From assembly GCA_965248355.1 (NCBI GenBank), contig OZ252098.1:5248001-5312000 (forward strand): a stretch of DNA of 64,000 nt. The letters are read 5' to 3'. A model generated the notes under the pieces. The model had not been told where the DNA came from. It saw nothing but the letters and a program-made list of their open reading frames with translations, and searched no databases. A program made the position numbers and the translations under genes. Positions 28,501-37,500 of this stretch are shown here, in pieces. Within the stretch, counting starts at the first letter, position 1, and the number at the start of each line of letters is the position of its first letter. The stretch is from Candidatus Latescibacterota bacterium. Its GTDB lineage: Bacteria; Latescibacterota; UBA2968; UBA8231.

Positions 28501-28863
28501 GGCCGCTTCGTGCTCTCCGGCTACTACAAGCGGGCCGGCGACGGCCGCAGCCGGGTCTCGTGGCGCACCGAGATCGGCGAGGCCGGCCGCTACGATCTCT
28601 TCTACTACCTGGGTTCCTTCGAGGAGCTGCGGTGGCGGGGACGGGGGCGGGGACAGGAGCTGAGCTTCCTCGTCTATCACGAGGACGGCGTCGAGTCGTC
28701 GAGCCTGGACATGGCCGGGGCCGAGGAAGGATGGAACCTGCTGGGAACCTATCCGCTGGCCGCCGGTCCGGCCCACGTGGAGCTGACCGACCGGGGACCG
28801 GAGCGCACCGTCGTGGCCGATGCCGTGAAGTGGGTGCGGCAGGACGCGCCCCGGCGCAACTGA
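25507..28863 (+). CDS. ABC-2-type permease fused to an M1-aminopeptidase-like periplasmic region and a C-terminal Golvesin/xanthan-lyase-like CBD
   Basis: About 7 N-terminal TMs; FTLNPGLRV, WYP, YPYPRLSLVEVP; C-terminal VDNEDPGF...GWNLLGTY...VVADAVKWV. No HExxH seen. Confidence 0.75.
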   Translation: MTLSGRWWTVARYECRLLWRSWAFRLSALAAVGFLLLLQIVFTAPFSGAPFSFRSFSGALPLTAVRLLNLYLGLVTALLATEFVKRDRQLDSSEAVLANSFTNPGYVAGKMLGIGLAVGGLVAAALAVVAVNHRFFTDAPFAWQPYLLLPLLGTLPTLALTSGLACLLITLLRSQAVVLMLMLGLWAAAVFGGQGQFQLFDIFAFWIPMAWSDFVGFGNEEQLVRVRGAHLLAGLGCMAAAALLMGRLRQSLAANAAAAVLAVACLGGAVWMGHTYLEDRLAGRERREHLVSLSRAAATAPAASATACEIEVEHRGRELAVTGVVDLLNPHAEPLDSLLFTLNPGLRVAAVTVDGVEVPFRRDGHLLRVAPAAPLAPGDSARVRIDYRGAPDDGAAYLDVDRERLEAGFSYWVIGVPKAYSFVTPGFLHLTPEAAWYPVSGLPPGAAFPAAGRRDYPRFRLSVEVPRGWTAFSQGRTQVDTTEAGLRFRFESGPLPGISLTAGEYERRQVEVDGVAYSLGVRPGHAYFDAHLDSLGEALPGLIRRLRADYEAALGLEYPYPRLSLVEVPLQAWSYRRLWTLAQESVQPEIVFLPEMGTLCDASDFRRLKRRSRRSQERANQAESAEDLQSGYLRTFFEVDLMGTRSLGWSPLGSPELRRRYHLLPNFVSFGTHLSSPRWPVLNAAFETWFELGLAPAGNPWSRRWSGLTAAERANLTLQEHGLRELLASPEEAGEEGLEAAVRAKARQLLLGFAAAAGPERFDREMTAFLRRHRGRPASEADLLEMLEGLGVEGVEARLEAWFGGTELPGYEIEGADAWLVRQGERTRTQVELTISNPTAVDGVVEVGLRFRGTEQEAWFDRGAGSDHRRMVALPAASSKRVGLVVDTPVAEMVVDTYVSRNLPAHIQVPLPEARLRRGAEPFDGERLEALAGDGAEGEYVVDNEDPGFEVMEAERPNWLRRQIADLFDLEADAVPYVGFHFWSPPRTWEAATAPGFYGRFVLSGYYKRAGDGRSRVSWRTEIGEAGRYDLFYYLGSFEELRWRGRGRGQELSFLVYHEDGVESSSLDMAGAEEGWNLLGTYPLAAGPAHVELTDRGPERTVVADAVKWVRQDAPRRN

Positions 28864-28873
28864 AGGAGACCGC

Positions 28874-30331
28874 ATGAGGGGGGGGAGATTGATGCTGCCG
28901 CTGGTCCTGTGGGCCGCGGCGCCGGCGCCGGGCGAGGTGCTGCGGCTCGAGGACGCGCTGCGCATCGCCGGCGACCGCAGTCCGATCCTGGCCGAGGCGC
29001 GCCACGGCCTCGAGACCAGCCGCCACGAGCTGGAGGCGCAGCGGGCGGGGCTCAAGTCGAGGCTCGGCCTCACGGTGACGCCCTTCGAGCACAGCCGCGA
29101 CCGGACCTTCAACGAGCTGGTCTCCGGGTACAACACCCAGGAGCAGACCCACGCCGGGGCCCGGTTCACCATCCAGCAGACCATCGAGCCCACCGACGGC
29201 ACCCTCAGCCTGGTGCAGGCCTTCGACTGGCGCGACGCCTCCAGCTCCTTCGCCGGGGCCGGCTCGCGGCGCTCGTACAGCAATGCCCTGTTCCTGCGCT
29301 ACAGCCAGCCGCTGTTCACCTACAACCGGACCCGCCTGGAGCTCAAGCGCCTGGAGCTGGGCCTGGAGAACGCCCTCCTCGGCTTCGCCGTCCAGGAGCT
29401 GCAGATCGAGAGCCGGGTGACGCGCCAGTTCCTCAACCTCTACTACCTGCAGCGCAACCTGGCCATCGCCGTGGAGGAGATGCGCAACGCCGAGGAGAGC
29501 CTGGAGATCGTCGGCGCCAAGGTGGAGGCCGGCATCACCGCCCGCGAGGAGCTGCTCCAGGCGGGCCTGACCCGGGCCAACAGCCGCGCCGCTGTCGAGA
29601 ACGCGCGGCTCCAGTACGAGGACGGCCTGGACGACTTCAAGATCCTCCTGGGCCTGCCCCTGGACATGGAGCTGAAGGTCGAGGCCGATGTCCGCAAGCG
29701 CCTCGTGGAGGTCGATGCCCGGCTGGCCGAGCGCCACGGGCTGGACCACCGCATGGAGATCCGCCAGCGCCAGATCGAGGTGGACAACGCCCTCGACGAG
29801 TTGATCCAGACCGGGGCGCAGAACGAGTTCAAGGGCTCCGTGGACCTGACCTACGGCCTCACCGGCACCGACCCCGCCCTGGCCTATCTCTACGACTCGC
29901 CCACGCGCAACCAGGAGGTCGGCATCCGTTTCGAGGTGCCGATCTTCGACTGGGGCGAGAACGAGCACCGCCTGGCCGCGGCCCGCGAGCGGGTGGGCAG
30001 CCGCAAGCTGTCGGCGGCCGAGGAGGAGCGGCGCATCCTCAAGGAGATCCGCCAGGGCTGCCGCGGCCTGGGCAACCAGGCGGCGCAGATCGAGATCGCC
30101 GAGAAGAGCGTCGAGAGCGCCCGCCAGACCTACCGCCTCAACCTGGAGCGCTACCGCAACGGCGACCTGCCGTCGAAGGACATCGCCTTCTACCAGACCC
30201 AGCTGTCGCGGGAGCAGCTCAACGAGGTGCGGGCCCTGATCGACTACCGGCTGGCCCTGCTCGATCTGAAGGTGCGCACCTTGTGGGACTTCGCCGCCGG
30301 CGAGCCCGTCATCAACCTCGAACCACGCTAG
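28874..30331 (+). CDS. TolC-family outer membrane efflux protein
   Basis: LRLEDALRIA, YSQPLF, EVPIFDWG, ERYRNG. Confidence 0.9.
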   Translation: MRGGRLMLPLVLWAAAPAPGEVLRLEDALRIAGDRSPILAEARHGLETSRHELEAQRAGLKSRLGLTVTPFEHSRDRTFNELVSGYNTQEQTHAGARFTIQQTIEPTDGTLSLVQAFDWRDASSSFAGAGSRRSYSNALFLRYSQPLFTYNRTRLELKRLELGLENALLGFAVQELQIESRVTRQFLNLYYLQRNLAIAVEEMRNAEESLEIVGAKVEAGITAREELLQAGLTRANSRAAVENARLQYEDGLDDFKILLGLPLDMELKVEADVRKRLVEVDARLAERHGLDHRMEIRQRQIEVDNALDELIQTGAQNEFKGSVDLTYGLTGTDPALAYLYDSPTRNQEVGIRFEVPIFDWGENEHRLAAARERVGSRKLSAAEEERRILKEIRQGCRGLGNQAAQIEIAEKSVESARQTYRLNLERYRNGDLPSKDIAFYQTQLSREQLNEVRALIDYRLALLDLKVRTLWDFAAGEPVINLEPR

Positions 30332-30339
30332 GAGGCGAC

Positions 30340-31407
30340 ATGCTGCGACATCGGATCCGCCGGCTCGCGGGACTCGCCGCCGGCGCCGGTCTGCTCGGCG
30401 GCGGCTGCGACCAGGAAGGACCGAGGATCGACGTGGAGTCGGCGATCCCGGTTCGGGTACAGCCGGTGGCCCGGGGGCCGATCGCCGAGTACGTGGCCGC
30501 CACCGGCACCGTGGAGGCGGCGCGGGAGGGCCTGCTGGCCTGCGAGCAGGCCGGCCGCTACCGGCTGCAGGACAACCCGCGCACCGGCGCCGCCTGGGCC
30601 ATGGGCGACCGGGTGGAGGCCGGCGACCTCATCGTGCGCCTCGACAACGCCGAGTTCGAGAACCAGGTGAGCATCGAGTCGAAGGTCCTGCAGCAAGCCT
30701 CGGCCCAGCGCGAGCACGACAAGCAGAAGGCCCTCTTCGAGCATGGCGGCATCACCCTGCGCGAGTTGACCGACGCCGAGCGCCAGGCCATCGACGCGCG
30801 CTACGACCTGGAGAACGCGCGCCTGCAGCTGGCCAAGCTCGAGGTGCGCGCCCCCTGCGCCGGGATCCTGGTCGACCTGGAGCACCACAACCCGGGGCAG
30901 CGGCTGCAGGCCGGGGACGCCCTCGGCAAGGTCATGGAGTACGCCGAGCTCTACGCCGAGACCTCCCTGCCGGGCAAGGAGATGGGCCGAGTCGCGCCGG
31001 GCCAGGAGGCGCTGGTGACCCACTACGGCGCCGCCGGGGACACCCTGCGAGGCCGGGTGACCCAGGTCTCGCCCGTGCTAGACGCCGACAGCCGCACCTT
31101 CAAGGCGGCCCTGACCATCGACAACCCCGGGCTGCGCCTGCGGCCGGGCATGTTCGTCAAGATCGAGCTGGTGGCGGCCTCCCGCGACTCGGCCCTGGTG
31201 ATCCCCCGGGACGTGATCGTCGACCGCGGCCACGAGAAGGTCGTCTTCGTCGTGGAGAAGGGGATCGCCGTGCGCCGCCGCCTGGAGACCGGTCTGGGGA
31301 ACCGCCACGAGGTCGAGGTGCTGAGCGGGCTCATGGACGGGGAGCGCCTGGTGGTGGAGGGCTTCGAGACCCTGCGCGACCACTCGCGGGTGAAGACCAC
31401 CAACTGA
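30340..31407 (+). CDS. RND periplasmic adaptor (membrane fusion) lipoprotein
   Basis: GGGC lipobox, VRAPCAG, LRPGMF, VEVLSGL. Confidence 0.92.
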   Translation: MLRHRIRRLAGLAAGAGLLGGGCDQEGPRIDVESAIPVRVQPVARGPIAEYVAATGTVEAAREGLLACEQAGRYRLQDNPRTGAAWAMGDRVEAGDLIVRLDNAEFENQVSIESKVLQQASAQREHDKQKALFEHGGITLRELTDAERQAIDARYDLENARLQLAKLEVRAPCAGILVDLEHHNPGQRLQAGDALGKVMEYAELYAETSLPGKEMGRVAPGQEALVTHYGAAGDTLRGRVTQVSPVLDADSRTFKAALTIDNPGLRLRPGMFVKIELVAASRDSALVIPRDVIVDRGHEKVVFVVEKGIAVRRRLETGLGNRHEVEVLSGLMDGERLVVEGFETLRDHSRVKTTN

Positions 31408-34400
31408 TGGAATCCCTGGCGCGGTTCTCGGTCTCCCGCCCGGCGACGGTGCTCATGCTCGTCCTGGCCGTCCTGCTCCTGGGCGGCCTCTCCTTCGGGC
31501 GTCTGGGCGTGGAGCTGCTGCCGGACCTGGCCAACCCGAGGCTGTTCGTCGAGGTCGAGGCCGGGGACCTGCCGCCGGCCGAGGTGGAGGCGCGCATCGC
31601 GGCCCCCGTCGAGGCGGCCGCCTCCCTGACCCGCGGGGTCGTCGACGTCGCCTCGGTATCGCGCACCGGCGGCGCCCAGGTCACCGTCGAGTACGGCTGG
31701 CACGTCGACATGGACGAGGCCTTCCTCGACCTGCAGAAGGGCATGGCCGAGTTCGCCCGGCGTCCGGACGTGGGGGAGATCTCGGTGAGCCGGCACGACC
31801 CCAACGGCCGGCCCGTGGTGGTGGCCGCCTTCCGCCACCCGGAGGTGGAGGACCTCGACGCCCTGCGGCGCACGGCCGAGAGCATCGTGCGCAGCGAGCT
31901 GGTGCGCCTGCCCGGAGTGGCCGCCGTCGAGGTCGTCGGCGCCCGCCGCCGCGAGGTGGAGGTGCTCACCGACGCCTACACCCTCGAGGCCTACGGCCTC
32001 ACCCTCGAGCAGCTGGCCGCGGCGATCCGGAGCGCCAACCGCAACATGTCGGGCGGCTCCATCGTCGAGATGGGCCGCCGCTACCTGATCCGGGGCGTGG
32101 GGGAGTTCTCCTCGGCGGCCGACCTCGAGGCCCTCGTGGTCGCCCAGGTCTCGGGGCCGGCGGCGGGACCGCAGGGGGCTGGCCCTCAGGCGCAGGAGGC
32201 CCCCGAGCCGAAGCCCGTCTTCCTGCGCGACCTGGCCGAGGTGCGCCAGGTCCTGAGCGAGCCCCGGAGCATCGTGCGCCTCGACGGCCGCCGCTGCCTC
32301 GGCCTGGAGATCTACAAGGAGGCCCGCTTCAACACCCTCGACGCGGCCCGGGCCGTGCACGACCAGCTGGAGTCGCTGCGCCGGAGCCTGCCGGGCTACG
32401 AGATCGAGGTGATCCAGGACCAGTCGCGGTTCATCGCCGCGGCCGTCTCCGAGGTGGAGGAGACCGGCCTCATCGGGGTGCTGCTGGCGGTGGTCGTGCT
32501 CTTCGTCTTCCTGCGCCGGGTGGGGGTGACGGCGGTGATCAGCCTGGCGATCCCGATCTCGGTGGTGGCCACCTTCAACCTGATGTACTTCGGCGAGCTG
32601 AGCCTGAACCTCATGACCCTGGGCGGTCTCGCCCTCGGCGCCGGCATGCTCGTTGACAACGCCATCGTGGTGGTGGAGAACGTCTTCCGCCACCTGGAGC
32701 AGGGCGAGTCCCCGTCGCGGGCGGCGATCCGGGGCGCCGGCGAGGTGGGGGGCGCGATCACCAGCGCCACCCTGACCACCATCGTCGTCTTCCTGCCCAT
32801 CGTCTACCTCCAGGGCGCGGCCGGGGAGCTGTTCCGGGAGCAGGCCTGGACCGTGGCCTTCTCGCTGCTGTCGTCGCTGTTCGTCGCCCTCCTCGTCATC
32901 CCCATGCTGTGCTCCCGGCTCCTCGGCGACGGCGGCGGCGCCCCGCCGGCCGGCCGGGTTCCCTTCCCGCGCTACGGGGCCCTGCTGACGGCCCTGCTGC
33001 GCCGCCGGGTGGCGGTGGCGCTGACGGCCGCGGCCCTGGTGGCGGCCACGGCCGCCGTCCTGTCCCGCCTGGGCAGCGAGTTCATGCCCCACCTCGACCC
33101 CGGGCAGCTGTCCCTGCGCCTGACCCTGCCCGAGGGCACCACCCTGGCCCGCACGGAGGGGGCGGTGGGCAACGTGGAGGCGTCGATCGCGCAGTCCCTC
33201 GGCCCGGAGCTGGGGCACCTCTACTCCCGCGTCGGCCGGACGGCCGGCGCCGGGGGGGGCGAGTCCCTGGCCGGCGAGAACCACGCCGTGATCCACGTGC
33301 AGCTCCGCCCGGGCAGCCCGGTCTCCCCGGCGGCGCTGGCCCAGGCCCTGGGCGAGGCCCCGGCCGGGCCCGACGCGCAGGTCCGCTACCTGCTGCGGGA
33401 GACGGCCCTGGAGACCAGTCTAGGGCGCTCGGACGCGCCGGTGGTGGTGGAGATCCACGGCCGGGCCCTCGGGGTGCTGGCCGGCCTGGCGGGGCAGGTG
33501 GAGGAGCGGCTGGCCGCGGTCGAGGGGCTCACCGGCGTGGAGTCGAGCCTGGGGCCCGGCCGGCCGGAGATCGAGATCGTGGTGGACCGCGCCGCGGCGG
33601 CCGTCTTCGGCCTGAGCAGCGACGCCGTCGGCTCGCAGCTGGAGGGCCTGCTCTCCGGACAGGAGGCCGGCCGCCTGCGGCAGCGGGGGGAGGCCGCCGA
33701 CATCGTCATCCGGCGGCCCCGGGTGACCCCGGCGGAGCTGCGCGGCCTGCTGCTGGAGGCGCCCGGGGGGCGGCGGGTGCGCCTCGACGAGGTGGCCCGG
33801 CTGCGGGACACCGTGACGCCCCGGGAGATCCTGCGCCGCAACCAGCAACGGGTGGTCACGGTGAGCGCCCGCCTCGATGGGGAGGAGCCCTTCGACCGGG
33901 TCGCCGGGCGCGTCGACGAGGCCCTCCGGCAGGTGGACCGGCCGCCGGAGTACGGCTTCGTCCTCACCGGCGAGGAGAAGCTGCGCCGGGACTCGTTCGA
34001 CAACCTGCGCTTCGCCCTGGTGCTGGCGGTGGTCCTCGTCTACATGGTGATGGCCGCCCAGTTCGAGTCCCTCGTGCACCCCTTCGTCATCCTCCTGACC
34101 ATCCCCCTGGCCGGGGTCGGCGCCGTGGCCCTGCTCCTGGCCCTCGGCATGCCCCTCAACGTGATGTCCTTCATCGGCGTCATCCTGCTGGCCGGGATCG
34201 CCGTCAACGACTCCATCGTGCTCGTGGACCGCATCAACCGCAACCGCCGGGCCGGGCAGGATCTCGAGGCGGCCATCGTGCACGCCGGCCGGACGCGCCT
34301 GCGGCCGATCCTGATGACGAGCCTGACCACCATGCTCGCCCTGCTGCCCCTGGCCGCCGGCGCCGGCGAGGGCGCCATGCTGCGGGCGCCCATGGCGGTG

Positions 34401-34517
34401 GCCGTCATCGGCGGCCTGTTCAGCTCCACGGCCCTCACCCTGGTCGTGGTCCCCTGCGTCTACCACCTCCTGGCCCGCATCGACCGGCTCCGTCCGGCGC
34501 AGGCCCCGGCGCCGTGA
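31407..34517 (+). CDS. RND efflux permease (AcrB/CzcA superfamily)
   Basis: GMLVDNAIVVVEN, AAQFES, RLRPILMTSLTT. Confidence 0.95.
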   Translation: MESLARFSVSRPATVLMLVLAVLLLGGLSFGRLGVELLPDLANPRLFVEVEAGDLPPAEVEARIAAPVEAAASLTRGVVDVASVSRTGGAQVTVEYGWHVDMDEAFLDLQKGMAEFARRPDVGEISVSRHDPNGRPVVVAAFRHPEVEDLDALRRTAESIVRSELVRLPGVAAVEVVGARRREVEVLTDAYTLEAYGLTLEQLAAAIRSANRNMSGGSIVEMGRRYLIRGVGEFSSAADLEALVVAQVSGPAAGPQGAGPQAQEAPEPKPVFLRDLAEVRQVLSEPRSIVRLDGRRCLGLEIYKEARFNTLDAARAVHDQLESLRRSLPGYEIEVIQDQSRFIAAAVSEVEETGLIGVLLAVVVLFVFLRRVGVTAVISLAIPISVVATFNLMYFGELSLNLMTLGGLALGAGMLVDNAIVVVENVFRHLEQGESPSRAAIRGAGEVGGAITSATLTTIVVFLPIVYLQGAAGELFREQAWTVAFSLLSSLFVALLVIPMLCSRLLGDGGGAPPAGRVPFPRYGALLTALLRRRVAVALTAAALVAATAAVLSRLGSEFMPHLDPGQLSLRLTLPEGTTLARTEGAVGNVEASIAQSLGPELGHLYSRVGRTAGAGGGESLAGENHAVIHVQLRPGSPVSPAALAQALGEAPAGPDAQVRYLLRETALETSLGRSDAPVVVEIHGRALGVLAGLAGQVEERLAAVEGLTGVESSLGPGRPEIEIVVDRAAAAVFGLSSDAVGSQLEGLLSGQEAGRLRQRGEAADIVIRRPRVTPAELRGLLLEAPGGRRVRLDEVARLRDTVTPREILRRNQQRVVTVSARLDGEEPFDRVAGRVDEALRQVDRPPEYGFVLTGEEKLRRDSFDNLRFALVLAVVLVYMVMAAQFESLVHPFVILLTIPLAGVGAVALLLALGMPLNVMSFIGVILLAGIAVNDSIVLVDRINRNRRAGQDLEAAIVHAGRTRLRPILMTSLTTMLALLPLAAGAGEGAMLRAPMAVAVIGGLFSSTALTLVVVPCVYHLLARIDRLRPAQAPAP

Positions 34518-37500
34518 CCGGCGCCCTGGTCCGGCGGCCCGTGGCGGTGACCATGCTGCTGGCCGCCGGCTGCCTGCTGGGGGCCGTCTCCTACGGGCGT
34601 CTGCCCGTGGAGCTGATCCCCTTCGCCGAGCTGCCCATGCTCGTGGTGCAGGTGCAGGGGGGGCGCGACTCGGAGCCGGAGCAGGTCGAGAGCCGGGCCG
34701 TCATCCCCCTCGAAGGGGCGATCGCGGGACTGCCCGGGATCGAGCGGATCGAGTCCTACGTCGAGTCGCGGGGGGCCCGGATCCTGGTCTACTACAGCAG
34801 CCGCGTCGACCCCGGGCACGCCTACCTGCGCCTGGAGCAGCGGGTGACGGCGGCGGCGGCCGGCCTCGACGAGGAGATCGGCGTGCGGGTGCTCAAGGTC
34901 GACACGGAGCAGCTGTCGACGCAGTTCATGTCCCTCGAGGCGCGCGGCGAGGGCGGCCTCGACCGGATCCGGCACGTGGTCGACCGCAAGGTGGTGGAGG
35001 AGCTGAGGCACGTGGACGGCGTCGCCAACGTCTCCGTGTACGGGGGCCGGCGGCGCTCGATCGAGGTGCGCCTCGACGAGGAGGTCCTGGCCGGCCACGG
35101 ACTCACGGTGGCGCAGGTGGGGGCCCAGGTCGCCCAGGGCTCCCGTCGCCGGCGTCATCTCGGCGAGGTGGCCGACGGCGGCGGACGGCTCTTCGTCAGC
35201 CTGGTCTCCGACTACACCTCCATGGCCGACCTCGAGGAGACCGTCCTGCGGGACGGGTTGCGCCTGGGGCACGTGGCGTCGGTGGTCGACGGGGGGGCGG
35301 AGCGCCAGACCATCGCCCGCGTGAACGGCCAGGAAGCGGTGGCCCTGTCCCTGATGCGCGACCCCGAGGCCAACCTGCTGGAGCTGTCGGAGGCCGCCGC
35401 GGCCGTGGTGGAGGACCTGAACCGGCAGCTGGCCCCGGAGGGCGTGGAGCTGGTGGTCCGCAGCGACGCCGCCGAGCCGGTGCGCGAGAACATCGGGGAC
35501 ATCCAGTCCCTGGCCCTGCTCGGCGGGGGGCTGGCGGTGGCCGTGCTCTGGGTCTTCCTGCGCAACCTGGTCCTGGTGGCCGTGGTGGCCCTGTCGATCC
35601 CGGTGTCGGTGCTGATCTCCCTGAACCTGTTCCACGCCCTGGACCTCACCCTCAACTCCCTGTCCCTGGTGGGCATGGCCGTGGCCGTGGGCATGCTCAT
35701 CGACAACAGCATCGTCGTCCTGGAGAGCATCTACCGGCGGCTGGCCCGGGGCGAGGCGCCGGACGAGGCCGTGACCGGGGGCGTGGCCGACGTGCGCCGC
35801 GCCGTGGTGGCGGCGACCCTGACCACGGTCTGCGTCTTCCTGCCCTTCGTCTTCGCCGAGGGCTACCTGATCCGCCTCCTGGGGCGCGAGGTGGGCGTGG
35901 CCATCATCTCGACGCTGCTCGTCTCCCTGGCCGTGGCCCTGCTGCTGATCCCCGTGGTCACCTGGCGCCTCGCGGTGCGCCGGTCCGGGGCAGGGCTCGC
36001 CTTCAACGCCGTCTCCCAGCGCCAGCGGGCGGTGCAGGTCTACTCGCTGCTGCTCAAGTCGTGCCTGCGCTTCCCGGCGCGCACCGTCATCGCCGCCGTG
36101 GCCGGCTTCTTCCTCACCGTGGCCGTCTGCCTGGCCCTCAGCATCGACCGCTCGCGCCCGGTGGAGCTGGACCGCTTCGACGTGTACGCGGGGCTGCCGG
36201 GCGGGGCCACCCTCGAGCTGGCCGACGAGCTGGCCCTGGCCATGGACGCGCGCCTGGCGAGGGTGGAGGAGCTGGAGGAGCGCCGCATCGCCGTGCGGCC
36301 CGATCTCCTGCACCTCGACCTGGGTCTGCGCGAGGACTTCCGGGAGATCGCCGGCCGCGGCGTGGGCGAGGTGCGGGAGGAGGTGCGCCAGGAGCTGAGG
36401 GAGGCCTTTCCGGCCCTGTGGTTCACCTTCGACGCGCCCCGGGGCGGCGCCGGGTTTCGCGGCGGCGGCGGTGGAGGAGGGGGCGGCATGGGCGGGGCCT
36501 TCGGCCGGCTGCTGGGGATCGGGGAGAGCGGCGATCGCCTCCTCCTCCGGGGCCGGGACATGGGGCTCCTGCGCCGGGTGGCCGACGACCTGCGCTACAA
36601 CCTCGAGCGCCTGACGGCGGTCCAGTACGCCAGGGTGGCCGAGGCCGAGCGCCAGCCGGAGATCTCCCTGTTCCTCGACCGGGCCGCCCTCAAGCACCAC
36701 GGCGTCACCGAGGAGGCCGTCTCCGGGGAGCTGGCCAGCTTCCAGCCGCAGGTGTCGTCGCCGGCGCGGGTGCGGCGGGGCGCGGAGGAGCTGGAGGTCC
36801 TGCTGCGCAGCGGTGAGCCGGGGGACCGCCGCATCGAGGACCTGCGGCGGGTGCAGGTGCCGGCCGAGGGGGGAGGATCGGTGCCCCTGCCGCGGCTGGC
36901 GGACCTCGTGTACACCAGCGGCAGCGGGCGCATCGCGCGCGTCAATCAGGAGAAGGAGCTGGCGGTCAGCTACCGGTTCCAGAGCGAGGTGAGCAGCTCG
37001 GCGGGACTGCTGGCCGAGGGGCGGTCCGCCGTCGACCAGCTGGTCTCGGACCTGTCCCCGCCGTCGGGGGTGTCGGTCGAGGTCGTCCGCGACGAGACCG
37101 ACCTGGAGCCCTTCTACTTCCTCCTCGCCGCCTCGGTGGTGCTCATCTACATGATCCTGGCCGCGGTCTTCGAGTCCCTCGTGGCGCCCCTGGCGATGAT
37201 GATCACCCTGCCCCTGGCCACGGTGGGGGGGCTCTGGGCGCTGGTCCTCACGGGCCACTCCATCCTCGACACCAACGCCCTCGTGGGCTTCGTGATCCTC
37301 CTGGGGGTGGTGGTCAACAACGGCATCATGCTCATCGACTCGGCCCGCGCCCGGCAGCGCCGCGGGGCGCGTCTCTCCCGGGCCCTGCTGCAGGCCGGCC
37401 AGGGCCGCCTGCGGCCGATCGCGATCACCGCCCTGAGCACGATCCTGGCGCTGCTGCCCCTGGCCATGGGCAAGGCCGAGTACGTGGCCGTCATCGGCGT

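Noticed and set aside
32909..34513. 5' extensions of track ORFs (2096-aa 32909.., 22439.., 24598.., 37696.., 56483..)
   Set aside because: They overlap real genes in another frame; true starts were set at RBS or stop-start overlaps.
36440..36505. Poly-Gly tract in the RND-ABC fusion as a slippage site
   Set aside because: Mixed Gly codons (ggc/ggt/gga/ggg) indicate a protein linker.
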